DNA of 64,000 nt from an uncultured delta proteobacterium (GCA_963737905.1 CAVTUQ010000012.1:64001-128000); one strand, 5' to 3'; positions 48,931-59,127 are shown, numbered from the stretch's first letter. Notes: generated from the letters alone by a model not told the origin. A program made the numbers and translations.

Positions 48931-49635
48931 ATGAGTATCGTGAGTGAACTGACAGCGACTTTGGACCAGATGGTGAATGACCAGTTTGAATCGCTGGAGT
49001 TCAAGAATTTTTTTTCAGTGCCGCTAACTATGGAGCGAGGGCGTTTTTATGTGATTCAAAACGCCTACTATACGGCCAACCGGCGCGATTGCTGGGGTTA
49101 TGTTCAGGGGGCGGCTCCGCTTGAAGTGAAGCGGGTGATATGGCAGCACGAGAGCGATGAACTGGTCAACGACCCGCGCGCCAACATGGATCATTACAGT
49201 CTTGCCGTAAAACAGGGTGAAGTGCTCGGACTCAAACCAGAGGATTTCGAAAAGGCGGAGTTGCCGGCTATGGTACGGGCCTGTTTTTATGCGTGGCATC
49301 ATATCGCGATCCGAAGCCACTGGCTGACCGCCTATACGGCGTCGCATATGCTGGAACGGCGCAATAACGGGCAAATCGTGAGAGGCGGCGGCATGTCCTT
49401 TCGAGTCGGCAAGAAATTCGAGAACGAACTCGGCCTCAATCTCAAGAAAATGATTTCGCTGGACGTTCACGCCGTGGCCGATACCGAGCACTCGGACAAT
49501 ATCTCCGTGATGTTCGAGCGCTACGTCAAGACTCCGGAGGACCGCGAATTGGTCTTGCAAGGGGCGCGCGATTGTATGGCTATCGATCGCGCCTATCGAG
49601 GGGCACTGGGGTACTATATGGAGCAGATCAAGTAG
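48931..49635 (+). CDS. Heme-oxygenase-like diiron oxidase, HDO-3 (paralog of HDO-2)
   Basis: HESDEL...MDH, MLERRN and VHAVADTEH motifs. Shares NRRDCWGYVQG.APL with HDO-2. Confidence 0.85.
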   Translation: MSIVSELTATLDQMVNDQFESLEFKNFFSVPLTMERGRFYVIQNAYYTANRRDCWGYVQGAAPLEVKRVIWQHESDELVNDPRANMDHYSLAVKQGEVLGLKPEDFEKAELPAMVRACFYAWHHIAIRSHWLTAYTASHMLERRNNGQIVRGGGMSFRVGKKFENELGLNLKKMISLDVHAVADTEHSDNISVMFERYVKTPEDRELVLQGARDCMAIDRAYRGALGYYMEQIK

Positions 49636-49792
49636 GAAGGAAATTCGAAACCGTACCCTTCCTCGATTATACCCTGTAGCGCCCCGGACTTTAGAGCGTC
49701 TTACGGATTCCAAAAAAAGCTGGCCATGGACCGCAAAGCTTTGGTATAATCGGTTTCTCTAAATACCTGACAGCATCACCACCTAAAATAGC

Positions 49793-50161
49793 GTGTTATC
49801 CAAAGTCCTCAAGACGAATATCGGTTTCACCCTGATTGAACTGCTTCTGGTGGTCGCTATCATCGGTCTGCTCGCGGCGATAGCGATTCCTCAATTCATC
49901 GCTTATCGGACCCGGGCCATTGACACGCAGATGAAGAGCGATTTGAAAAATGCGGCGATGGCTATGGAAAGCTACTTTGCTGAATTCAAGATTTACCCTG
50001 CCTCGGTAGGCAGCATCTCCTCCGCCGGTTTCAGGCAGACGAACGGTGTTGCGCTGGCTATCTCAGTTGTGTCCCCTTCTTCTTTCACCCTTACCGCGAC
50101 TGCTCCTAACGGCTCGCAGCCGAGTTTTACGTACAATAGCGCCACCGGCACAATCAATTAA
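49793..50161 (+). CDS. Type IV pilin (prepilin)
   Basis: G|FTLIELLLVVAIIGLLAAIAIP motif. Extended -10 TGGTATAAT at 49742-49750. Confidence 0.93.
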   Translation: MLSKVLKTNIGFTLIELLLVVAIIGLLAAIAIPQFIAYRTRAIDTQMKSDLKNAAMAMESYFAEFKIYPASVGSISSAGFRQTNGVALAISVVSPSSFTLTATAPNGSQPSFTYNSATGTIN

Positions 50162-50177
50162 TCAGGCGATGCAGTGT

Positions 50178-50910
50178 CTATTTCGGCGTGCGTAGAAAAA
50201 AGGTTTGTCCGGTAACGTACTTGGTCGCGTCGGAGAGCAAGTAACGAGTCAGGCCGACGATCTCTTCTTTTTTCGTCAACCCGTCCAACAACGGTGGGAT
50301 TTCCTCTCTCTTTTTGAATTCTTCCGGAGTCGAACCCGCTCGAGACATCGGTGTATCGGTGGCGCCGGGGCAGACCGCGTTGACGGTGATGTCGTAGGGC
50401 GCCAGCTCGACCGCCAGTGATTTAGTAAAAGCGATGATGCCGGCTTTAGACGCGGCGTAATGCGACGCGCGCGCTTGCCCCGCGACGCCTCGGCCGGAGG
50501 CGATGCTGAGAATGCGTCCCTGCTTTTTCGGGATCATATGTTTGGCGGCTGCCTGCGAACAGAGAAAAGTTCCCTTTAGATTGATCCTTAGCACCCGGTC
50601 CCATTCCTCCTCGGGCATGTCGACTACGGGAATTCGCGTCATCACTCCGGCGCCGTTGAAAAGAACATCGACCTGGCCATATTTCGCCAGCGCCTGTTTC
50701 ATCATTTCGGCGACGCTCTCCTTGCTGCCGACGTCCACCTGTATGGCTGTGGCATCGCCTTTGGCATTGCGGATCTCCGCGGCAGTTGTTCTCCGCCGCA
50801 TCTTTGGCATAATCTGCAATGACGACCTTTAATCCATCGGTTGCCAAGCCACGGCAGATGTCCGACCCGATCCCGCCGGCACCGCCCGTGATGATAATGA
50901 CTTTGTCCAT
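50178..50910 (-). pseudogene. SDR oxidoreductase, frameshift near 50790 (likely sequencing indel)
   Basis: TGGAGGIG in ORF 50446-50910; NGAG and YAASK in ORF 50178-50819. Confidence 0.85.
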
Positions 50911-51249
50911 GAAACATTTCTCCTATTCGACGTACATTTTGGATGGACGCTATCATCACTAATTGCTCTGGGTCAACAATAGCTTGAGGTCCCGGCTCTT
51001 TTCGCGTCCAAGTTTTAACATGAAGATCAAGTCGTTATTAGTTGACAAATAGTGGGCTAGCGGCTACACACCAAACTCGAAATAACAGTTTTTTATCCAG
51101 AGAAGTTCTTACGTTCACGCCAATGCCATACCAACGAGGCGACTGCGGAATTCACGACGTTGAATAAAAAAAGATTCCAGTCGACGTGCTATGGTCTTAT
51201 CTTACCGTTTCCATCATAGTGGTACTCAGCGTCGTTGGAGGAAATTGCA

Positions 51250-52269
51250 ATGAAGAATGAAACATCGAATGTCGGTCGACCCAAGTACGTTCCATTTGCT
51301 TTAACCAAAGATGTAGTAACAGAAATGTTTCCGGTGGAAACAGAACCCAAGATTCCGACGATGGACAAGCCGCTGATTATCGAAAGCGCCTGTCCTGGAT
51401 GGCAGTTAGGAGAAGTGCGATTCCCGGCTGTTCCAATCGCTTTGAAAGACCAGATCAAGGAGCAAGTCGACTCTCTAAAGGCGGGCGCCGTGATTGCGCA
51501 CATTCATCCCCGAGACCCTAAGACTGGGTTGGCCCAAATGAACCATGAACTCCTGGCAGAAGTTTTGGATGGTATCTTTGCTGAAGTAGGGGACTGTGTC
51601 ACATTCACTGATTCCTTGTACCCGGTGCTTAACGCAGAAGTGGACTGCATCATCGGCACGGAAAGGTTATTGGAGTTGGGGCACGGCAATAAATACGTTC
51701 AGGGGTCTTTGATGGTTCCTGTTGGCCACCGTCGTAGGGGCCAGCCATCATATTTTAGCGTAAGCGGTGCAGTAGAGGGAGTCAAGTGGATGGAAGCACA
51801 TGATGTAAAGCCTGTATATCAGCTGTTCGATACAAACACCCACCTCGGTTTCAAACGGCATATTTTCGATAAGAGCGTCGACAAGGTTAGGCCCCGTATC
51901 ATGAATATCCAATTAGGCAAGCATGATGCCCACGTTTCTAACCAAGATCCGTGGTCGTATTTGCAGCTCATAGCTAATATGAACATGGTGAAAGCAAACA
52001 TTCCTGAAAGTCTTATTGGCTTATATCCCGGCGGTCGAAACTGGCTGCCCATGGTGGCGATGGGTATCATGGCCGGGGTTGATATCGTCAGAGTAGGAAT
52101 CGAAGACTGTTATTGGCTGTATCCACATAAAGATGAAATCATCAAGAAGAATTCTGACGTGGTGAAAATGACGGTAGACATCGCAACCATACTTGGTAGA
52201 CGGGTTGTGACGAACGCAGGGGAAGCGCGAAGAATATTGGGAATAACATTGACTTCAAAATTGAATTGA
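51250..52269 (+). CDS. BKACE/DUF849 beta-keto acid cleavage enzyme family protein
   Basis: AGA...HIHPRD Zn motif and VRVGIED. SD GGAGG. Visibly more AT-rich than the flanking genes. Confidence 0.88.
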   Translation: MKNETSNVGRPKYVPFALTKDVVTEMFPVETEPKIPTMDKPLIIESACPGWQLGEVRFPAVPIALKDQIKEQVDSLKAGAVIAHIHPRDPKTGLAQMNHELLAEVLDGIFAEVGDCVTFTDSLYPVLNAEVDCIIGTERLLELGHGNKYVQGSLMVPVGHRRRGQPSYFSVSGAVEGVKWMEAHDVKPVYQLFDTNTHLGFKRHIFDKSVDKVRPRIMNIQLGKHDAHVSNQDPWSYLQLIANMNMVKANIPESLIGLYPGGRNWLPMVAMGIMAGVDIVRVGIEDCYWLYPHKDEIIKKNSDVVKMTVDIATILGRRVVTNAGEARRILGITLTSKLN

Positions 52270-52302
52270 TGACCCATATAAACCTTAAGGCAAAAACGAT
52301 TT

Positions 52303-53275
52303 ATGAAAATTATAAAGGTATTGCTAGCGTTGGCTTTGTTATCCGGCATCTTTTTTGCGCCCCCAGTCTATGCGGCGGAACCACGCAAAATGATCGTTCC
52401 CTATACGCCTCTCACAGGTGCGTCAACTCCTTTTTGGATTGCCATAGAAGAAAAACTCTTCCAAAAATACGGTCTCGAGATAGGGCCGCTCTTCATTTCC
52501 GGAGGCTCCAGTGCGATCGTTCCTGCAATGACTTCGGGACAATTCGACATCGGCGCGGTTGGTGGGGGTGCTGTGGTTTTGAACCGGTTTGGCGGTGGAG
52601 ATCTGATTACCATCGGCGCACAAACCGGTGTCTATACGACTGACTGTTTTGCCAAGCCGGAAATCAAATCCATTCGCGATCTCAAGGGGAAAACCATCGC
52701 GGTGACGCGCTTCGGGACTTCGACTCACTTTGCCGGATTGTCCATGTTGCGATTGGGCGGCCTCAAGCCAACCGATGTCGTTTTCATTCAGATAGGGGGC
52801 AGTCCGGAAGCCATCGCGGGACTTTCGAGCGGTAGGGTGGACGCGGCCATGCTGGGTTACCCGGCGAGTGAGGTAGCGCTGAAGAAAGGGTTTCGTCAGC
52901 TAACCGATCTAGCCAAGAACGAAGATGGAGCTTTTCCCACCACGGCGATCGCTGCTCGGGAATCGTGGCTGAAGGATCCCAAGAAACCGTGACATCGCCC
53001 TGAATTTTCTCCGCGCCTTCACTGAGGGATTAACATTGGCGAGGACAAACGCCGTCATCAGCAAAAAGGTGCTGCGCAAGTACACCCGAGTGGACGATGA
53101 GGCGGTGCTGCAAGCTACGTTTGAATATTACCGGCAGTACTTCGGCGAAACGCTCAAGGTCAACGAAAAAAGCTATGCTAATTTATTACAACTCCTCGAT
53201 CATCCCAAGGCCAAGAATGCCGATCCGAAGCAATTCTTCGACAACAGCCTTCTCGAACAGATACGCGGGTATTAA
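52303..53275 (+). pseudogene. NitT/TauT-type SBP, frameshift near 52985 (likely sequencing indel)
   Basis: ORF 52303-52992 continues in the frame of 53036-53275 (ADPKQFFDNS). Confidence 0.82.
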
Positions 53276-53311
53276 TTCCTATCCAAACTTCAGTTGCTGG
53301 AGGAAAAGAAG

Positions 53312-53666
53312 ATGAAACTCATCCGGGTATCGCTTGTAACGGCATTTCTATTGGCACTCTGTTTACCGTTAATGCCGCGGAACCTCGCAAAATGACGGTT
53401 CCCTACACACCGCTCACGGGTGCCTCTACTCCTTTCTGGATTGCCATAGAAGCAAAGCTCTTCCAAAAATACGGCCTTGAGATAACTCCTGTATTTGTTG
53501 CAGGCTCCAGCACCATCGTTGCTGCCATGACTTCGGGCCAGTTCGAGATCGGCGGGGTAGGCGGCGGAGCTGTAGTCTTAACCCGTTTCAGCGGTGGAGA
53601 CTTGATTACCATCGGGGCCCAAACCGGTGTCTACACAAACGACTGTTTTGCCAAGCCAGAGATTAA
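53312..53666 (+). pseudogene. Tandem paralog of the 52303 SBP, truncated after AKPEIK
   Basis: Near-identical PYTPLTGASTPFWIAIE...GDLITIGAQTGVY; frameshift near 53365; homology ends abruptly at about 53666. Confidence 0.8.
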
Positions 53667-54838
53667 GCGGGTATCGCGGGCGCCGATGAGAAGGCCGTCG
53701 AGGACAAAAACAATCCCATTCAAAGGCTGAAATAAGGCGACGAACAAGATTACGCCGGCGCCAAGCAGAAACTTGACTTCGGTACTGTTTGTGAAGAATC
53801 TGGCAATAGCGTCCTGCGCTCCGAGAAACGCGATTCCAAATATAAGTCCGGCTACCGCGCCGCAAAGAATAAGAGCCTTGCCCATCGCAAGGCGGTTTCT
53901 TTTTGAGCGGCACCTAAATACTTTGCGACCAGTGCCTGTCCGGCCACAGCTAAACCGTCGATGACGTCCGAGCCAAGGAGCATCAGCTGAAAGGCGATCT
54001 CATGCGCTGATAAAACACTAGCTCCCATACGCGCTGCGCAGGCTGTCGCGAAAACTAGAGAACCACGCAGCGCACCGGTGCGGATGGCGAGATCGCTGCC
54101 GATGCGAAATAACGGCCGCATCCGGGTAATCGACATGCGCCACTTCACAGCCCTATACGCCGCCGTGGAACGGGAAAAGAAGAAAATCCCCAGACAAGTC
54201 ACTGCTCCAACAAGTTGACCGAACCAGGCCGCGATCGCGGCCCCGTTGAGACCCATGCGCGGCAGGCCAAAATGGCCATAGATCAGTCCGTAGTCAAGCA
54301 ACAAGTGCGTCCCGGTAATGAGAAAGGCGATGATCATCGGTGTTCTTGTGTCCAATGTGCCTCGGAAGAATCCTACCGAAGCGAAAAATATAAAAGTAAA
54401 AGGAGCGCTGGCGATATAGATGCGGAAGTAGGGGACTCCCTCGTGAATCACATTCGGTCCAGCGCCCATTAGGCTGTAAAGCGAGGTCGCAAGGAACAAG
54501 CCTGCGCAGGCAACTCCGACGCCTCCGAGCACTGCGAGAAATAGCGCGTGAAAATAGGTCTCGCCACAGGCTGGGAAATCCTGTGCGCCGTGGTGATAAC
54601 CCACCAGTGTCGTGGTACCGAAGCTGAGAAAGGTGAAAATCCAGTAGATCCCGCCGATGATCGCGGCGCCCACTGCGCGAGCCGCCAGCGGCTCGACGCC
54701 CAGCCGACCAATCATCGCCGTGTCGCCGATGCTCAGCAGCGGCTGGCTCGCCAGGGCGAGCATGGCCGGAACGGCCAAGCGGAGAATATCTTTAACGTGT
54801 GAACGAGACGAGCCTGCAGCAGCGACGAGGGTTGCCAC
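53667..54838 (-). pseudogene. MATE/DinF efflux protein, frameshift near 53895, C-terminus missing
   Basis: LAVPA, DTAMIGRLG, FRGTLDTRTP, AHEI and LDGLLIGARDTR motifs, then runs into the antisense strand of the SBP. Confidence 0.85.
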
Positions 54839-54849
54839 GATGGAGGGTA

Positions 54850-55765
54850 TTAGCCGATTTTTTGAACTTGATCGGGCGCGAGCTGCATTGGGAAGATCTC
54901 CGGATGAATGATGTGGGCGAGAATTTCAACACCATCGACCAAACGTGGCCCGGGACGGCTAAAGTAAGCATGCCCATTGACGGCGTAGATGTCGCCGGCT
55001 TTGACAGCTGGCAAATCATACCAGCCTGCGAGTTGTTTTAGCGCCGGTGCTTCTCCGAGTGTTCGGGCTACATCAAAGCCGCACGGCATCAAAACTATAA
55101 TATTAGGCGTAGAGTCTAGGACAGTTTGCCATTCAACTCTTGCGGATGGCTCACCGCTCCGGCCTAATACATCTTCAGCGCCCGCCAATTCAACCATCTC
55201 CGGCACCCAGTGACCCGCTGCGAAAACCGGATCGAACCATTCGAGGCAGGCGACTCTGGGACGAGCGGATGATTTTGCCACTTTCTCGCGTACTGCCGAG
55301 ATCCGCCGTTCGAGATCACCGATGACCTGCTCTGCTTTTTGACGTTGTCCAGTGGCTTCGCCGACGCGCGCCACGTCGCTCAAAACGTCGTTCAGGCAAT
55401 TAGGAGCGAGCGACACGATCTGCGGTTTTTTAGCGAGAGTTTCGGCTGGCGGCGACGACTTCATTGTAATCAATGGCACAAACGTCGCACAGTCCCTGGG
55501 TCAAGATGACGTCCGGCGCGGCTTCGCGCAGCCGCTCCTCGTCTATCGTATAAAGACCCTGGTTGTTCCGCAGCCTTTCACTGACCCATCGATCGATCTC
55601 GATGCTGGTCATCCGGTGCGAATCGATCAACTGTGCACTACGATCGGATTTTTGTCTCGCCTCGGCAGGATAGTCGCATTCGTGAGTGACACCCACCACG
55701 TCATCGCCCAAGCCTAGAGCGAAGGCGATCTCGGTGGCGCCGGGGAGTAGAGAACAGATGCGCAT
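54850..55765 (-). pseudogene. BtuF-like cobalamin/Fe-siderophore periplasmic binding protein, frameshifted near 55440
   Basis: RICSLLPGATEI, VTHECDYP, TQGLCDVCA, EWFDP...GHW and SRPGPRL motifs. Confidence 0.85.
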
Positions 55766-55881
55766 AGACTAACGTGGAGCGTAGAATATTTTATGGTTAA
55801 CCAAGAGCAAAAGCTCGCTAAGCGGATCGTCGTGACCTAATATTGTCTGAGTTAACGTCTTTCGAAGACCCAGTCATATGT

Positions 55882-56653
55882 TCAGATGCCCGCGTACCAC
55901 GCGTAACCTTGATCTTCCCAGTAGCCGCCTTTACCCGCCGCGATGTTCTCATAGCTCGCGACGAACTCGATCTTGCGGATGTATTTGGCGTGTTTGTAAC
56001 CGAGCTGGGTCTCGATTCGTAGGCGCAGCGGCGCGCCATGTTCGACGGGCAGGGCGCGATCGTTCATCTCGTAAGCCAGAATGGTCTGAGGATGGTTGGC
56101 ATCTCGAAAGTCGATACTCTCGTAATAGTGAGCACCGCTGTCATCGGTATCCATGCAGTGAAAGACGACGTATTTGGCTTCCGGGGCCGGCGTGCACGCG
56201 CTGGATGATTTCCGTTAGAGGAACTCCTTTCCACTTCGCAATCGCGCTCCACCCTTCGACGCAATCGTGGCGGGTAATCTGGGTTCGCGAAGGCATCGAT
56301 CTTAGCTCGGCCAACGAAAACCAAGCCGGTTGCGTCACAGAACCGGTGATTTCCAACCGCCATGCCTTCCAGTCGTTTTTGGCATCCGCCACATAGTCCA
56401 TCGTAATCGGCGGCGGGTTGCCGTTAGGCTTAAAATAGCGCGAGATATCTCGCGCGGTGAATTCTTGGACGAGCTTATTCTTCCTGGTCAGTAGTCGTTG
56501 CAGGCGTTGATTCACGCTCTCCGCTGATTCCAGAACTGAGAGGAATTTTTGGTTTTGCTGAAGGCCGTTAAATGCCTTTTCGCAGCCGGATAGCAATAAC
56601 AAGCCCGCGCCTTGAGCGGCGCCGAGAAGCAGCTTTCGTCGGGATAGACTCAT
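55882..56653 (-). pseudogene. Tat-exported molybdopterin oxidoreductase (sulfite oxidase/MsrP-like), frameshift near 56180
   Basis: SRRKLL Tat signal, HDCVEGW, HPQTILAY and HGAPLRLR...GYKHAK motifs. Confidence 0.87.
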
Positions 56654-56658
56654 AGCAC

Positions 56659-57696
56659 TTACTCCTCGATATCCTTTTTTGCCTCATGAGCTTGGGTAGG
56701 CGAGCTTTGCGTAGAACTTTCCAAGCCGGGGCGTTCGTCTTGGGTCGTGGACTTGGCCAGTCCATTGTCCTCTGGTGCAGCTCCGGCGTCTGCCGGCTGC
56801 GTTTCCTCTGCGGGGGAAATCGTCTCAAGTTTCGGCGCCGCCAATGGCTTTGATGACGGTGTGGTGTCGGATGCTTGAATCACTTCCTCATTGGCGGATT
56901 GAAGCCGTGCCGGCCCCTTTTCCTTGTACCAGCCGGTAACCATGGAACGCATGTTGTTGAGCGCGCCGGTCACCAGCACCATGAAAACGTGACCGAAGGT
57001 AAAACCGACGAAAAGAAAGGTCAGGATGAAGTGAATGCTGCGCGCAGATTGCCGGCCGCCAAACATCGCCGGCAGCCAGTGAAACGCGGTATCCAGCTGC
57101 GGTGACATGGCCATGCCCGAGAGCATAATGAGCGGAGTCAGAACGAAGAATACGCTCGTGTACGCCAATTTTTGCAGCGGATTGTACTCGCCTTCTTGAG
57201 GCGATTCTTTGCGGATTCGAAAGTAATAAAGCGCCATGGCAGGCACGCGGGAAGCTTCTGTCGGTGTCAGTAAAAATTTCCGCATGTGGCCGTTGGCGAT
57301 GTTGTAGATGACGTAGAGAAGTCCGTTGAGCGCAAATAGCCAGCCGAAGAAAAAATGCCATCGCCGACCGCCCGCCAACCAGAAGTATCCCGGAACGGTC
57401 AGCCAGCTTGGAAAGGCGCGCGGGGCCGGGCCCATCTCCGTGTGCTGCACTCCGAGAACGCCCGTCGTGTCGAATTCCCAGCCATAGATACGGAAGAAAC
57501 CGCGAACCTCGCCGTCCTCATTTGTTGCCGCAATCGAAAGAAACGCCTGGTCAGGCTCCGAAGTGCTTCCCCAATAAAGATGGGGATGGGCGTTGAAGAT
57601 TTGAAAACCGCTCATCACCAGGATGATTAACGCCAACGCGTTGACCCAATGCGTTGTGCGCGTGATGCGGTTGTGGCGGTAAACTGGTTTTTCCAT
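56659..57696 (-). CDS. Cytochrome b/b6 (Ni-hydrogenase b-type) membrane partner with low-complexity C-terminal tail
   Basis: R.THW.N, RRWHF, YNPLQK.AY and ARSIHF motifs. Confidence 0.88.
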   Translation of the reverse strand: MEKPVYRHNRITRTTHWVNALALIILVMSGFQIFNAHPHLYWGSTSEPDQAFLSIAATNEDGEVRGFFRIYGWEFDTTGVLGVQHTEMGPAPRAFPSWLTVPGYFWLAGGRRWHFFFGWLFALNGLLYVIYNIANGHMRKFLLTPTEASRVPAMALYYFRIRKESPQEGEYNPLQKLAYTSVFFVLTPLIMLSGMAMSPQLDTAFHWLPAMFGGRQSARSIHFILTFLFVGFTFGHVFMVLVTGALNNMRSMVTGWYKEKGPARLQSANEEVIQASDTTPSSKPLAAPKLETISPAEETQPADAGAAPEDNGLAKSTTQDERPGLESSTQSSPTQAHEAKKDIEE

Positions 57697-57712
57697 TGGC
57701 TACCTAGCGGAA

Positions 57713-59047
57713 TTAAGCGATCCCCTTACCCAACTCGGTCGTGCACGGGCACTGGTCGGGAAAGCGCTCGCATTCGACGTCCTGGACTTGAGCGATCTTC
57801 GCTTCTTCCACTTTCTTGACCTGGGTTCTAAGCTTCTGGGTGATGACAAGCCAGATCGCAACGGTCGCCAGAGTGAACCAAACCATCCAGCTGGTATCGA
57901 GCGGCATGGGAAGCACCCCTTTTGAAGCGGCTTGCTTGAGCCAAAGAAGAATAACGACGGCGCCTACTATCTCTGCGATCCTCGCGCCGATGCCGTCCAC
58001 GGCGAGCTTTACGGCAGAGCGTTCGGTGGAGTCCAGCGGGATGAAAGCCTGCTCCCAGATCGACCGGTGCACCGACGAGCGCAGGCCCCCTTCCGTCACG
58101 CGCAAAACGGAGCGGCTAAGCGCGGTCGCCGCAGCGGTCACGAAACTGGCTGCGCCAATGAGGGCCAAGGGCAGCACCATAAGACCGCCTCGTAATCCGA
58201 CCTTATCCTGTATCTTCGGTGTTGCAAAGAGTTGGAGCAGCAAGGACATAAAATTTAGCAGGATGTAGAAATTGGCGAAGAAACTCGTGTTGCCCTTCGA
58301 GCCCATGTTGGCGCTGGCTGCCGCTGCGTAAAACTGGAAATCTATCAACAAACCTGCGAGCGCCCCGGTCATCGAAATGAACAAGAGCGTGAGAGAATAC
58401 CTGTTGGTGAGCGGGGTCAAAAATCCGGCCTTTTTATCGCCATCCTTTTTGGCCAGAATGTTGGTGGGAAAGCGGCTGTGAATGTGCATGACCAGTGAGA
58501 CCACGCCCAGGATGACGACCGCTCCCAACAAGATCAACCATTTTGGGTCGAGATAGGGAGCGAGGCCCTTGGAAATCAAGCCGCCCGTCATGCCGCCGGC
58601 CAGCGTCCCGGCGCCGATTCTACTAAAGGCTCGCGCGGCCTGGCGTTTCTCAGTTTTTTCGAAAATGTCGGCGGCCAAGAGCCACAGACTCGCAAACAGG
58701 AGTCCGAAAATGGCTGGAATGAAGATGAAAACGGCCAGCAGTAATACATTGTCTCCAGGCTCCAAAAAGGGAGCCGTGACAGCCATGGTCACGGCGGCAA
58801 GCAGCAGGACTCCGACCCGAGCAGGCCGCGCGCCCCAGCTCTTCATTGCTTTGACGAAGATCAGAGCGAGCGGCAAGGAGGCCGCGCCGATATTGATATA
58901 GATGAGCGGCAGCTGGAGCAGCCCTCCGCTGCCCTGAAAGAAGAGCGCATCACGTCCGGTCTTCGCGATAATAAAGGCCAATGTCGCGAGTCCGAGGCAG
59001 AGAGCGGGAAGCAGAGTTCGCAGGCGACCGTCGCGGTTTTCAGTCAT
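57713..59047 (-). CDS. Npt1/TLC (ATP/ADP-translocase-like) MFS membrane protein
   Basis: About 12 TM segments; K..RDALF, W..A.DIF...A.R.F, LIDFQF and RSSVHR...E...P motifs. Confidence 0.7.
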   Translation of the reverse strand: MTENRDGRLRTLLPALCLGLATLAFIIAKTGRDALFFQGSGGLLQLPLIYINIGAASLPLALIFVKAMKSWGARPARVGVLLLAAVTMAVTAPFLEPGDNVLLLAVFIFIPAIFGLLFASLWLLAADIFEKTEKRQAARAFSRIGAGTLAGGMTGGLISKGLAPYLDPKWLILLGAVVILGVVSLVMHIHSRFPTNILAKKDGDKKAGFLTPLTNRYSLTLLFISMTGALAGLLIDFQFYAAAASANMGSKGNTSFFANFYILLNFMSLLLQLFATPKIQDKVGLRGGLMVLPLALIGAASFVTAAATALSRSVLRVTEGGLRSSVHRSIWEQAFIPLDSTERSAVKLAVDGIGARIAEIVGAVVILLWLKQAASKGVLPMPLDTSWMVWFTLATVAIWLVITQKLRTQVKKVEEAKIAQVQDVECERFPDQCPCTTELGKGIA

Positions 59048-59127
59048 GTTGCAATAACCTGGGGCATGGCCCGTTAGTTCCCTTTATATCAATCCTGCAG
59101 GTCTGATTCGAAATTGGGCGCAGCCTG

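Noticed and set aside
43366-49635. PQQ biosynthesis, thiamine salvage or ethanolamine utilisation operon
   Set aside because: No pqqA/B/D/E, thi or eutB/C or microcompartment genes are present in the window.
52980-52995. TGA at the end of ORF 52303-52992 as a second selenocysteine
   Set aside because: Homology continues in a different frame, so this is a frameshift and not read-through. There is no Cys-motif context.
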